Below are positions 33,652 to 44,250 of a DNA stretch of 64,000 bases, in pieces (within the stretch, counting starts at the first letter, position 1; the number at the start of each line of letters is the position of its first letter). Below the pieces are notes generated by a model that saw only the letters and a program-made list of their open reading frames with translations, had not been told where the DNA came from and did not search any database. The stretch comes from an uncultured delta proteobacterium (GTDB lineage: Bacteria > Desulfobacterota > Desulfobacteria > Desulfobacterales > Desulfosalsimonadaceae), in the NCBI GenBank assembly GCA_963826785.1, contig CAWGYD010000008.1, positions 1-64,000 on the forward strand. Reading direction: 5' to 3'. The translations under genes and the position numbers were made by a program.

Positions 33652-35496
33652 ATGCAGATGAAAGAGGTCGCCCCGCTCCCAGACGGAAAAATCGCTTTGC
33701 GCAAGTTTCCCCGTATTCCCCGGGTTCAACTCCAGCTGGCATCCAATTCAGTCACCCGCTTTAAAATCGTCCGCCAGAACATGATCCGGTATTTTGCCAA
33801 TGACATGATCTGCCGGTGGATCAATTTAAGCTACAATTCATATTCCAAATTTTACGAAGGCCAACTCCGCCTGGGATTGCCCGTATCCAAGGAGCTGCTC
33901 AAATCAAGGGATGAATTGCGATCCCTTGCCGCCGGCAAGCTGGCCCTCACGCTCTACCACATCTTTCTGAGGGTGACCGGGACCCGGATTCCGAGAAACC
34001 GGATCAAGTACATCCTGATCGGGGAACTCGAAGCCGGCAGTCTTACACTGACGGAAAATGTGATCATACTGACCCGCAAACAGCTCAAGTATCTGACCAT
34101 CACCCGCTTGAAAATTCCGGCCTACTTTTTCTCGGACATATACGAGGAAGCCACCCGGCGGCGGATCCTGAAAGAGACCCTCAAGAGCAACCGGCTGCCC
34201 GCTTATTTCGACAGCGAAATCGAGGAAAATGCCCAGAACGGCCGGAGAGATTACGAAGTCGTTTATTACCGGGACTATACGGAAGAGGGAAAAGAGATCA
34301 AGTTCCGGCGGCTGGTCAGCATAGAAGACGTCACCTCGGGCGACAACCGGCCATCGGTGATCCTGATCCCGGGATTTGCCAACAACAGCAACTGCTACAA
34401 TCTCACCAATCAGCAGTCCATGGCCAAGGACCTGGCCGATGCGGGCCACTGGGTCTACCTGTTCGATCCCCGGGGGATGGGGATCAACCACGGCAAGTTC
34501 GACCCCATGTACACGGTGGATACCCTCATCGATTATGACCTGCCCACCGTGCTTCAGTTTATCAGCAACCGCAGCAAGCAAAAGCCATCCGTGCTGATCG
34601 GCCACAGCATGGGCGGCATCATCGCGGAAAACATGCTGCTCAACTGGAACCTGCGGCTGCATCTCAATGAAATCGAAGATCTGACCAGTGAGCAGAAAGC
34701 CTTTTTGAACCAGATCCTTCCCCCTGTCGACGCCGCCCAGGAGAAGCTTTCCCAGGTTCGGGCCGTGATCTCGCTGGGGTCGCCGAAATTTTTCAACAAG
34801 CTGTCCCATGCGTTATTCCCGGCCACCCTCTGGCTCAACCATCTGGCACGGATATTCAGGCTCCACCATGTGCCGGTGAAAGAAGTCGTGTCCCAGATGG
34901 TGCAGGCACCGGTCTTAAGCGATCTGACCCAGCTGATGTTAAGATCCAATCTCGGCGACTTGAATTTTTTAATCTGCCCGGAAAACCATAAATCAGATAA
35001 AAACTTTACCCGGCTCTACGTCCAGAATGCACTGGAATCGGTCCCCCTGGGACTGGGGTTCCAGTTTTTAAAGGCGATATACAACGGCGAAGGTTTCAAG
35101 CGCATGGACCAGAGCCGGTTCAACTATTCCACGCACCTGAGATATTTTCCCAAAAACATCCCCACCTTCCATTTCTGGGGGACCCGGGATCCGCTGGCGC
35201 CGCCGGACAACCTCCAATTCAGTAAGTTTTATCCCCACGGCTCCAAAAAAATCTATCATATCGAATCCGCGGAGCAGGCACGGCAGATCGAGATTTCTCC
35301 CCGACGCAGCCAGGTGGTGGATTTCGTCATCGAGGGGGCCAACCATCTCGACCTCCTCTACGGCCGGGTGGCCGAAGATATCATCAAGCCCCTGGTCTTA
35401 AAAATCATCGATCAGTCCTGGGGAGACTGGTCCTACGAGCAGCCTTCGGCCCCATCCGAAGATGAACCCGCCGAGCCGATGGCCTCCGCCAGATAA
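33652..35496 (+). CDS. Alpha/beta-fold hydrolase (lipase/esterase-like) with a long N-terminal extension
   Basis: LIPGFANN, DPRGMG, nucleophile GHSMGG, GTRDPLAP, ANHLDL; start uncertain (ORF opens at 33556). Confidence 0.8.
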   Translation: MQMKEVAPLPDGKIALRKFPRIPRVQLQLASNSVTRFKIVRQNMIRYFANDMICRWINLSYNSYSKFYEGQLRLGLPVSKELLKSRDELRSLAAGKLALTLYHIFLRVTGTRIPRNRIKYILIGELEAGSLTLTENVIILTRKQLKYLTITRLKIPAYFFSDIYEEATRRRILKETLKSNRLPAYFDSEIEENAQNGRRDYEVVYYRDYTEEGKEIKFRRLVSIEDVTSGDNRPSVILIPGFANNSNCYNLTNQQSMAKDLADAGHWVYLFDPRGMGINHGKFDPMYTVDTLIDYDLPTVLQFISNRSKQKPSVLIGHSMGGIIAENMLLNWNLRLHLNEIEDLTSEQKAFLNQILPPVDAAQEKLSQVRAVISLGSPKFFNKLSHALFPATLWLNHLARIFRLHHVPVKEVVSQMVQAPVLSDLTQLMLRSNLGDLNFLICPENHKSDKNFTRLYVQNALESVPLGLGFQFLKAIYNGEGFKRMDQSRFNYSTHLRYFPKNIPTFHFWGTRDPLAPPDNLQFSKFYPHGSKKIYHIESAEQARQIEISPRRSQVVDFVIEGANHLDLLYGRVAEDIIKPLVLKIIDQSWGDWSYEQPSAPSEDEPAEPMASAR

Positions 35497-35735
35497 TCGA
35501 TCGATCGCCTTTCTCACATGCACCCCCTGCCGGATGATGACGCCCCGGGGCCACAATGGCCGCCTGAACCCCCTATCCTTTATCTCTGCGCCAACCCTTC
35601 CTGCTGTACGGGCATTGCCTGAGCATCCGGCAGGGGCGCGGGTCTGCCGGTTATTAAAAGCGTCTGCCCCGTGGAAATCCTTTTCTCCGGTCCTTGTTTT
35701 TCGCCGAATCATCTTTATTTTAAAAAGTTAAAAGT

Positions 35736-35867
35736 GATGAACCCGTAAAAAGTCCAAAGTTCGTCACTCCGGTGAAAACCGGAGTCTATAACCAACTTAG
35801 TTTGTAGTAGATTCCGGCCTCCGCCGGAATGACGAAAGCGTAAAATCCGACTTTTTACGGCTTCATC
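35736..35867. mobile_element. 132-bp MITE with REP doublet; perfect 6-bp TSD (AAAAGT)
   Basis: Same TIRs as the 29057 copy; AAAAGT at 35730-35735 and 35868-35873. Confidence 0.9.
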
Positions 35868-35914
35868 AAAAGTGTGATCGACAATTTTTTTTACTTGTAA
35901 AGGAGTCAACACGT

Positions 35915-36874
35915 ATGGGCAATCAGATTAAAACAACCGTTCTGCTGGCGGTCATGACCGCGGTGATCCTCTGGGTGGGCAAAATGCTCGGCGGGACCGG
36001 CGGAATGGTCATTGCGCTGATATTTGCAGGCGGGATCAATTTCTTTTCTTACTGGTATTCCGACAAGGTCGTTCTCCGGATGTACAAGGCCTCACGGGTT
36101 TCCCAGGAAGAAGCCCCGCAATTGTACGGCATCGTGAAAGACCTCGCCGGCCGGGCCGGCCTGCCCATGCCTGCGGTATACATCATTCCCCAGGAAGCCC
36201 CCAATGCTTTTGCCACGGGCAGGAACCCCGAACACGCGGTGGTTGCCGTCACCCAGGGCCTTCTCAAGTACATGGATGCCGATGAATTAAAAGGGGTCAT
36301 CGCCCACGAACTCAGCCACGTCCAGAACCGCGATATCCTCATCGGCACCATCGCGGCCACCATGGCCGGCGCCATCATGATGCTGGCCAGCCTGGCCCGA
36401 TGGTCGGCCATCTTCGGCGGCATCGGCGGCAGCAGAGATGAAGGCGGCGGCGGAATTCTCGGCCTGATCGCCATGTCCATCATCGCCCCCATTGCGGCGC
36501 TGCTGATCCAGATGGGTATCTCCCGGTCCCGGGAATATCTGGCGGACAGTTCCGCCACCAAAATTACCGGGGAAGGCGAAAGCCTGGCCCGTGCCTTGGA
36601 AAAGCTTAGCGCCTATTCGAAGAAAATCCCCATGAAGGCCGAACCGGCCACGGCGCACATGTTCATCACCAATCCCCTGGCGGGGAAAAACATGATGAAC
36701 CTGTTCTCCACGCACCCCCCCATCGAAGACCGCATCGCCCGGCTGCGAAACGGCCGGTCGACCTACTCCCCCGGCAGGCCGGAAGCTTTCGGTGGAGATA
36801 AAAGCGATCACAGCGATAAAAAAGAAAACAGCATGGATGACCAGGCAAAGGATTTCTGGAACCGGCTGTCATAG
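35915..36874 (+). CDS. htpX: Zinc metalloprotease HtpX
   Basis: [32 protein letters not shown]. Confidence 0.95.
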   Translation: MGNQIKTTVLLAVMTAVILWVGKMLGGTGGMVIALIFAGGINFFSYWYSDKVVLRMYKASRVSQEEAPQLYGIVKDLAGRAGLPMPAVYIIPQEAPNAFATGRNPEHAVVAVTQGLLKYMDADELKGVIAHELSHVQNRDILIGTIAATMAGAIMMLASLARWSAIFGGIGGSRDEGGGGILGLIAMSIIAPIAALLIQMGISRSREYLADSSATKITGEGESLARALEKLSAYSKKIPMKAEPATAHMFITNPLAGKNMMNLFSTHPPIEDRIARLRNGRSTYSPGRPEAFGGDKSDHSDKKENSMDDQAKDFWNRLS

Positions 36875-36884
36875 GAAACATTTC

Positions 36885-37304
36885 ATGGATCAGAAGATCA
36901 GAGACGCCATCTACCGCGCCGTGGAAAATGAGCCGTTTGCAAAGACCATGGGACTTGGGCTTATCGGACTGGAGACCGGGTATTCCAAAGTGGAGATGAT
37001 GTATGCGCCGGAGGGTATGGCCAACATATACGCCCGGGCACACGGAGGCGCCATTTTCGCCCTCATCGACGAAGCCTTTGAAACCGCCAGCCAGACCGGC
37101 GGCACCATCGCCGTGGCCCTGAATGTCAATGTCAGCTATGTGGCCAGCCCGGAACTCGGAACCCGCCTTTTTGCAGAAGCCGTCGAAATCAGCCGATCCC
37201 GGAAAATCGCGCACTACGACATCCGCGTCACCGATGAAAACGAAACCCTGATCGCCACGTGCCGGGCCATGGCCTACCTGACGGGCAAACCCCTTCCGTT
37301 CTAA
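36885..37304 (+). CDS. PaaI-family hotdog thioesterase
   Basis: N...AHGGAIFALIDEAF, VALNVNVSY. Confidence 0.88.
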   Translation: MDQKIRDAIYRAVENEPFAKTMGLGLIGLETGYSKVEMMYAPEGMANIYARAHGGAIFALIDEAFETASQTGGTIAVALNVNVSYVASPELGTRLFAEAVEISRSRKIAHYDIRVTDENETLIATCRAMAYLTGKPLPF

Positions 37305-37334
37305 GCTGATTTTCCCCTTTGTAGAGTTGGAGGA

Positions 37335-37470
37335 CCGGCGTGGGGACACCCCCCTGGCCCCCCTCAAGGGGGGAATTATCAATGGCTTATCCCGACACGG
37401 GGAAGAAAATTCAACGATTCACCCTGCAAAGAAAAATTCCCCCCTTGAGGGGGGCGCAGGGGGGTGTCGG
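37335..37470. repeat. 136-bp hairpin doublet, near-identical to 10196-10331
   Basis: Shared spacer aattatcaatggcttat.ccg.cacggggaagaaaattcaacgattcaccctgcaa between inverted hairpins. Confidence 0.88.
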
Positions 37471-37510
37471 ACCGGCCGGTTGGGCCAAACCTTAGCGATT
37501 CATAATCAGA

Positions 37511-38437
37511 TTACTTTTCCAAAAACGCCTGCACCTCATCGATGATCGCATCGATCTCCCCCGGCTTTTTCCAGATCATCTCGGGATCTTTGCGAAACCA
37601 GGTCAGCTGCCGCTTGGCATAGCGGCGGGTCGCTTTTTTCATTTCCGCTACCGCCGCCTCCCAGTCGAAACGCCCCTCCAGAAAATCGAGCATCTGCCGG
37701 TATCCGATGGCCTGCATGGGCCGCAAGTCCTGCCCATATCCCCTTGCCAGCAGGGCTTTTACTTCCGCCAGCAGGCCGCCCTCGATCATGGACTCCACCC
37801 GGGCATTGATCTGATCGTATAATGCCTCGCGGTCCATATAGAGACAAAATTTGATTGTTTCGTAAAACCGGTCGGCAAAAGCGTGCGCCTGCTGATATCG
37901 GGACATGGGCGTTCCGGTCAGGTCGAACATCTCCAGCGCCCGTATGACCCGGTAGGTATCATGCGGATGGATCCGGGCGGCCGACTCGGGGTCATGCAAT
38001 TGAAGCCGCGCATAGAGGACCTCCAATCCATGATCACGGGCTTCCTCCTTGAGTTTTTCCCGCAGTTCCGGATCGGCCGGGGCGGCTTCAAACAGACCGT
38101 GCACCAGGGCCTTTATGTAAAACCCGGTCCCCCCCACCACCAGCGGCACCCGGCCCTGCTGACCGGTTTGCAATACGGCCTGCCGGGCTTCTCTGGCATA
38201 CCGCGCCGCATCATAGGATTCATCCGGGTCGGCAATATCGATCATAAAATGGGGCGCCCGGGCCCGCTCACCGGCATCCGGCTTGGCGGTGCCGATGTCC
38301 ATGTGCCGGTAAATCTGCATGGAATCCGCACCGATGATCGCTCCATGGAATTTTTCCGCCAGGGCCAGGGCCGCCGATGTCTTGCCGATGCAGGTGGGGC
38401 CGGTGATGATGACGATTTTCGGGGACTGTCCGCGCAT
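37511..38437 (-). CDS. miaA: tRNA dimethylallyltransferase
   Basis: GPTCIGKT, ADSMQIYRHMDIGTAKP, VGGTGFY, TRRYAKRQLTWF. Confidence 0.96.
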   Translation of the reverse strand: MRGQSPKIVIITGPTCIGKTSAALALAEKFHGAIIGADSMQIYRHMDIGTAKPDAGERARAPHFMIDIADPDESYDAARYAREARQAVLQTGQQGRVPLVVGGTGFYIKALVHGLFEAAPADPELREKLKEEARDHGLEVLYARLQLHDPESAARIHPHDTYRVIRALEMFDLTGTPMSRYQQAHAFADRFYETIKFCLYMDREALYDQINARVESMIEGGLLAEVKALLARGYGQDLRPMQAIGYRQMLDFLEGRFDWEAAVAEMKKATRRYAKRQLTWFRKDPEMIWKKPGEIDAIIDEVQAFLEK

Positions 38438-38694
38438 AATGAATTGAATTGACATTCAGTTTTAAATTATTAATTTAACCGGAGAAAATGAATTTCGGAA
38501 ATAAGCATACGCTCAGAATTTTATTGACATCCTCTGTATTTATCGATATCAAAAAAATTTTGACTTCGCTGTACCTTTCCTGTTGAATTTGCCGGATTTA
38601 CAAGGTACCGCCCACTGCGGATAAAATCAATCATTGTTCGAGCCGGCGCCTTTTGGCGAATCTGCTCATCATGATCAAACAGGAGTATCAAAAT

Positions 38695-41600
38695 ATGGCC
38701 AAAGACGTCAACGGATCCGTAATGGTCGTCGGCGGCGGCATTGCAGGGATGCAATCCGCCCTGGATCTCGCCGACTCGGGTTTTTATGTATACCTGGTGG
38801 AAAAGGGGCCTTCCATCGGCGGCGTGATGTCGCAGCTGGACAAGACCTTTCCCACCAATGACTGCGCCATGTGAATTATCTCACCGAAACTGGTCGAGGT
38901 CGGCCGGCATTTAAATATTGAGTTAGTCACTCTTTCGGAAGTCGTTGACATCAAGGGGGAAGCGGGCAATTTCGAAGTCGAGTTGCTGCAGAAGCCCCGG
39001 TACGTCGATATTGACAAGTGCATCGCCTGCGGTGCCTGCACGGAAAAATGCCCCAAAAAGGTGGACGACGAATACAACGCCGGGATGGGCAAGCGCAAAG
39101 CCATCTACGTGCGATATCCCCAGGCGGTTCCGCTCAAATACGCCATCGACGCGGAGAACTGCCTCCAGTTGACCAAGGGCAAATGCGGCGTCTGCGCCAA
39201 AAAATGCCCTGTCGGAGCGGTCAATTACGAAGACAAGGAAAAGACCCTGACCCTAAACGTCGGGGCGGTCATCATGGCGCCGGGGTTCGAGCCGTTCAAT
39301 CCGTCCGGGTTCGACAATTACCAGTACGCCAAACATCCCAATGTGATCACCTCCATGGAATTCGAGCGGCTGCTGTCCGCCTCCGGCCCCACCATGGGCC
39401 ATGTGATCCGCCCCTCGGACAAGGAGGAGCCCAAAAGAATCGCCTGGTTTCAGTGCGTGGGATCAAGGGATCTGAACCGGTGCGACAATGCATACTGCTC
39501 TTCCGTGTGCTGCATGTATGCCATCAAGGAAGCGGTGATCGCCAAAGAGCACGCCGGGGAAGGCCTGGATTGCGCCATTTTTTACATGGACATGCGGACA
39601 CCCGGGAAAGAGTTCGAGCGGTTTTACGAAAATGCAAAGACCAAAAGCGGCGTCCGGTTCGTCCGAAGCCGGGTCCACACCATCAACCCGGTTCCCGGAA
39701 GCGACGATCTGGAACTGCGGTATGTGGATGAAAACGGGGAGCTTAAAATCGAAGTCTTCGACATGGTGGTGCTTTCCATCGGCCTGCAGACCCCGCCGGC
39801 GCTCGTCGACCTGTCCAACAAACTGGGGCTTCAACTCACCCCCGGCAATTTCTGTAAAACCGAGACATTTTCTCCGGTGAACACCTCCCGGGAAGGCATT
39901 TTCGCCTGCGGTGCATTCCAGGGCCCCAAGGATATTCCCCAGGCGGTCATCGATTCCAGTGCGGCCGCTTCGGCAGCGGCTGAAATCCTGTCGTCCGCCC
40001 GCAACACCAAAACCCGGGCCAAGAAGGTCACCCCCGAACGCAAAATTGCAGGGGAGCGGCCGAAGATCGGCGTTTTTGTCTGCAAGTGCGGCATCAACAT
40101 CGCCGGCGTGGTGGATGTCCCCAAGGTGGTGGAGTACGCATCCACCCTGCCCTACGTGGAGTTTGCCACCGAAAACCTGTTTTCCTGTTCCCAGGATACC
40201 CAGGACAACATGGTCAAACTGATCCAGGAAAAGGGACTAAACCGGATCGTGGTGGCGGCCTGCACCCCCAAGACACACGAACCCCTGTTCCAGGAAACCC
40301 TGCTCAATTCCGGGTTGAACAAATACCTGTTCGAGATGACCAACATCCGGAACCAGAACTCCTGGGTGCACAAGAACAATCCCGAGATGGCCACGGAAAA
40401 AGCCAGGGACCTGGTCCGCATGGCGGTGGCCAAGGTCGCCCTGCAGGAGCCCCTGAGGGAAACCGAACTGTCGGTCAACCAGACCGCCATGGTCGTGGGC
40501 GGCGGCATTTCCGGAATGGCTGCCGCCAAATGCTTTGCCGAGCAGGGGTATGAAACCCACCTGGTGGAACACGATGCGAGCCTGGGCGGCCAGGCGAAAA
40601 ACCTGTTTCATACCGCCAAGGGTGAAGACATTCAGCAAAAACTTGCGGAAATGATCGAAGCGGTCAACAAGAATGACCGGATTCATGTGCACTTGAATAC
40701 GAAGCTTACCCAGGTGGAAGGGTTTGTGGGCAATTTCAAGTCCACGTTTTCCGCAAACGGCGATGAGACGAGCCTCGAGCACGGGGTGGTGGTGCTGGCG
40801 ACCGGCGCGGCCCCCTATACCCCCGTGGAGTACAGCTACGGCAAGGATCCCCGGATCATGGCCAGCCAGGAACTGGACCGCAGATTCATCGAAAACGACC
40901 CGGCCTTAAAAGAGATCAATTCCGCCGTGTTCATCCAGTGCGTGGGCTCCCGGGAGCCCGAGCGGATGTACTGCTCACGACTCTGCTGCACCCACAGCGT
41001 GGAAAACGCCCTGGAGCTCAAAAAGAAAAATCCGGAGGCCAATATCTATATCCTGTACCGGGATATCCGGACATACGGCGAAAAAGAATACCTGTACAAG
41101 GAAGCCCGGGAGAAGGGGGTTATCTTCATCCGGTTTTCCATCGACAACAAACCGGAGGTGACCGTCAAGAACGGCAAGGTCATGGTAAAGACCATCGACC
41201 ACATCCTGGGCCGCCCCGTGGAGATCGAAGCCGATCTGGTGACCCTGGCCACGGCCATCATCCCTTACCGGGATGAGCAGCTGGCCAACTTCTTCAAGGT
41301 TCCCATGAATGAAGACGGGTTCTTCATCGAAAAGCATGCCAAACTCGGACCGTCCGAATTCGCCACCGACGGGGCCTTCCTGTGCGGCCTGGCCCATTAC
41401 CCCAAGCCCATCGACGAATCCGTGGCCCAGGCAAAAGCGGCTGTGGCCCGGGCGGTGACGCTGCTTTCCCGTAAAAATATCTTCAGCTCCGGGACCATCG
41501 CCCAGGTGGAGCAGGCCAAGTGTGCCGAATGCGGCGTGTGCGTATCCCTCTGCCCCTATTCCGCGCCGTCTTTTGCCAAAGAGGGCCGGTTTGCCGGCAA

Positions 41601-41736
41601 GGCGGAAGTCAATCCGGCATTGTGCAAGGGATGCGGGCTTTGCGTGGCCTCCTGCCGGTCCGGTGCGATCCACCTGAAGGGCTTTGATACGGATCAGATC
41701 CTCACCCAGATTTTCGAACTCGATGAAGCGGTTTAA
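38695..41736 (+). CDS. hdrA: Large HdrA-like flavo-iron-sulfur protein with two FAD domains; selenocysteine at TGA 38872-38874 (codon 60)
   Basis: GGGIAGM...[26 protein letters not shown] reads in frame into ORF 38983..41736; CSSVCCM, VFVCKCG, second GGGISGM, ferredoxin motifs; AGGAG SD at 38681. Confidence 0.92.
38890..38907 (+). promoter_or_regulatory. Bacterial SECIS-like hairpin of hdrA
   Basis: CUGGUCG-AGGU-CGGCCGG stem-loop starting 16 nt after the UGA, with G near the 5' side of the loop. Confidence 0.7.
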
Positions 41737-41760
41737 TGATCAAATATCCAAGGAGAGACA

Positions 41761-42192
41761 ATGGCTGAAAAAGAACCGAAAATCATAAGCTTCCTGTGCA
41801 ACTGGTGCAGCTATGGCGCAGCAGATCTCGCCGGGGTGAGCCGGATGGAATATCCGCCCAATATCCGGGTGGTCCGAATCCCCTGCACCGGCCGTATGAG
41901 CCCCAAATTTATCCTGGCGGGGCTTCGCCAGGGTGCGGATGCGGTCTGGGTATCGGGGTGACATCCGGGTGAATGTCATTACCTGGAAGGTAATTATTAT
42001 GCACGCCGAAAATTCGCCCTGATGAAAAACTTGTTGGAACACACTGGAATCGAGCCCGGAAGACTCCATTTCTCCTGGATCTCTTCGGCCGAATCCACCA
42101 AATTCGTCGATGTGGTCAAAAAAATCACCGCAGAAGTCAAGGCGCTGGATTCCGACAAAAAATACGCAAAAACCGAACCCAAGGTTGACTAG
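41761..42192 (+). CDS. flxD: MvhD/FlxD-type [2Fe-2S] subunit with selenocysteine at TGA 41959-41961 (codon 67)
   Basis: FLCNWCSY, IPCTGR, VSG-UGA-HPGECHY (normally GCHPGECHY); frame continues to TAG 42190-42192. Confidence 0.9.
41978..41994 (+). promoter_or_regulatory. Bacterial SECIS-like hairpin of mvhD/flxD
   Basis: AUUACCU-GGA-AGGUAAU starting 17 nt after the UGA. Confidence 0.6.
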
Positions 42193-42194
42193 AC

Positions 42195-43142
42195 ATGACG
42201 GCATATACCGAAAAAATCAGAGAAATCGCCAAACGGCTGCTCAGTGAAGGCAAGGTGGATATGGTCATCGGATTCCGGAAAGGAAGCCTGCCCATGATGA
42301 ACCAGCCCCTGTGCACCGCTTCGCCTGAGAAGACGGCAGAACTGGTGTGGGACAGCAGCTGCGGCATCAATCTGGCCAATTATATCACCGGCGGCAAGGA
42401 CAGGATCGGCATCGTCGCCAAGGGGTGTGATTCCAGAAATATCGTCACCCACATTATCGAAAACAAGATCAAGCGCGACCAGCTCCATATCATCGGAGTG
42501 CCCTGCACGGGAATGATCGACCGGCATGCGGTCAGCAAGAGGGTCGAGGGCGAAATTACGGAAATCGAAGAGTCCGGCGATTCCATTACGCTCAAGGGAA
42601 ACGGTTTTGAAAAAACAATTCCCAAAAAAGAGGTCCTTGCCGAAAACTGCGCCGTGTGCACGCACAGAAACCCGGTCATCTATGATGAACTGGCGGGCGA
42701 ACTGGTGGAAGAACAGGCGGATGTGGACAAGTACGCCTCGGTGGATGCGGTGGAGGCCATGAACCCCCAGGAAAAATGGGATTATTTCCAGGACCTGATC
42801 TCCAACTGCATCCGCTGCTACGCCTGCCGGAACGCCTGCCCCCTGTGCTACTGCCCCACCTGCTTCGTGGATGAATCCCGGCCCCAGTGGGTGGGCAAAA
42901 GCCAGGACCCCATCGATGTGCGGACCTTTCACCTGCTGCGGGCTTACCACTGTGCCGGCCGGTGCACCGACTGCGGTGCCTGCGAGCGGGCCTGCCCCAT
43001 GGGAATCAAGGTGAGGGAATTCACCAAGAAACTCAACAAGGACTGCCTGGACCTCTATGGGTGGGAAGCCGGGTTGTCGACGGAACAACGGCCGCCGCTG
43101 GATACCTACAAGACGGATGACCCTGAAAAATTCATCAAATAA
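42195..43142 (+). CDS. flxC: FlxC-like 4Fe-4S dicluster protein
   Basis: AKGCDSR, CIRCYACRNACPLCYC, GRCTDCGACERACP; position in the cluster. Confidence 0.72.
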   Translation: MTAYTEKIREIAKRLLSEGKVDMVIGFRKGSLPMMNQPLCTASPEKTAELVWDSSCGINLANYITGGKDRIGIVAKGCDSRNIVTHIIENKIKRDQLHIIGVPCTGMIDRHAVSKRVEGEITEIEESGDSITLKGNGFEKTIPKKEVLAENCAVCTHRNPVIYDELAGELVEEQADVDKYASVDAVEAMNPQEKWDYFQDLISNCIRCYACRNACPLCYCPTCFVDESRPQWVGKSQDPIDVRTFHLLRAYHCAGRCTDCGACERACPMGIKVREFTKKLNKDCLDLYGWEAGLSTEQRPPLDTYKTDDPEKFIK

Positions 43143-43159
43143 AGCATAGGCGAATCACC

Positions 43160-44233
43160 ATGATCATTGCAATAGACAAACAAAGCTGGGCGTCCGGGAT
43201 CGAGAAGCTCAAAGATGCCTACCGCGTCTACGGCCCGGTCAGGAAAAAAGACGACTTTGAATACGATGTGCTGGACAAAGGCGTTCTGCCTCAATTCGAT
43301 CAGTATCAGAATACCCGCCTGTCGCCCAAATCCATCATCTATCCCCAGAGCCAGAAGATGTTTTCCTACAGCCTGGATGAAAACAGCCCGGACAACCGGA
43401 TCTTAAAAGAGATCAAGGAAGATGAAACGCCTAGGGCCGTCATCGGCATCCGCCCCTGTGATGCGTACTCCTTCCCCCTGGTCCGAAGGAATTTCGACAC
43501 GCCGGAGTATCAGGACGTGTACTGGACAAGGGCCTATGAAGCGACCACCTTTATCGGGCTGGCCTGTGCGGACCCATGCGGCACCTGCTTCTGCACCAGT
43601 GCGGGGACATCGCCCTTCGGCGAAGAAGGACTGGATGTGCTCCTGGTGGATACAGGGGAGTCCTTTCTGGCCAAAGTGCTGACCGAAAAAGGCAAAGCCC
43701 TGGTGGCGGCAGCCGGATGGACCGCCGAGGCGGACAAAGCGGCCGCCCAGGAGATTGAAAAACGGCGCACCACCGCTGAAGAAAAGGTCGTCTCGACCGT
43801 GGCAACAGACAAGCTCAGAGAAAAAACCATTCTCTCCCTCTATGATGCCCCCTTCTGGCAGGAAGCGGCATTTTCCTGCATCAATTGCGGCACCTGCACC
43901 TATTCATGCCCCACCTGCTGGTGCTTTGACATCCAGGATGAAACTTCCGGCAAGAAAGGGATCCGGATGCGCAACTGGGACAGCTGCATGTTTCCGCTGT
44001 TTACCTTTCATGCCTCCGGCCACAATCCCCGGACACAGAAATTCGAACGGATGCGCCAGCGGTTCATGCATAAACTCAAATATTACGTGGACAAATACGA
44101 CAGCGGCATCCAGTGCGTGGGCTGCGGGCGATGCATCCGCATGTGCCCGGTCAACATCGATATCCGGAAAATCTGCGACCAGATGAACAGCTATGATCCG
44201 GAGGCGTGCGCCTGCGAAGTGACATCGTCTTAG
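43160..44233 (+). CDS. flxB: FlxB/AsrA-like 4Fe-4S protein
   Basis: GIRPCD, CINCGTCTYSCPTCWCF, RQRFMHK, CVGCGRCIRMCP. Confidence 0.75.
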   Translation: MIIAIDKQSWASGIEKLKDAYRVYGPVRKKDDFEYDVLDKGVLPQFDQYQNTRLSPKSIIYPQSQKMFSYSLDENSPDNRILKEIKEDETPRAVIGIRPCDAYSFPLVRRNFDTPEYQDVYWTRAYEATTFIGLACADPCGTCFCTSAGTSPFGEEGLDVLLVDTGESFLAKVLTEKGKALVAAAGWTAEADKAAAQEIEKRRTTAEEKVVSTVATDKLREKTILSLYDAPFWQEAAFSCINCGTCTYSCPTCWCFDIQDETSGKKGIRMRNWDSCMFPLFTFHASGHNPRTQKFERMRQRFMHKLKYYVDKYDSGIQCVGCGRCIRMCPVNIDIRKICDQMNSYDPEACACEVTSS

Positions 44234-44250
44234 CCAAGGGGAGAACAACC

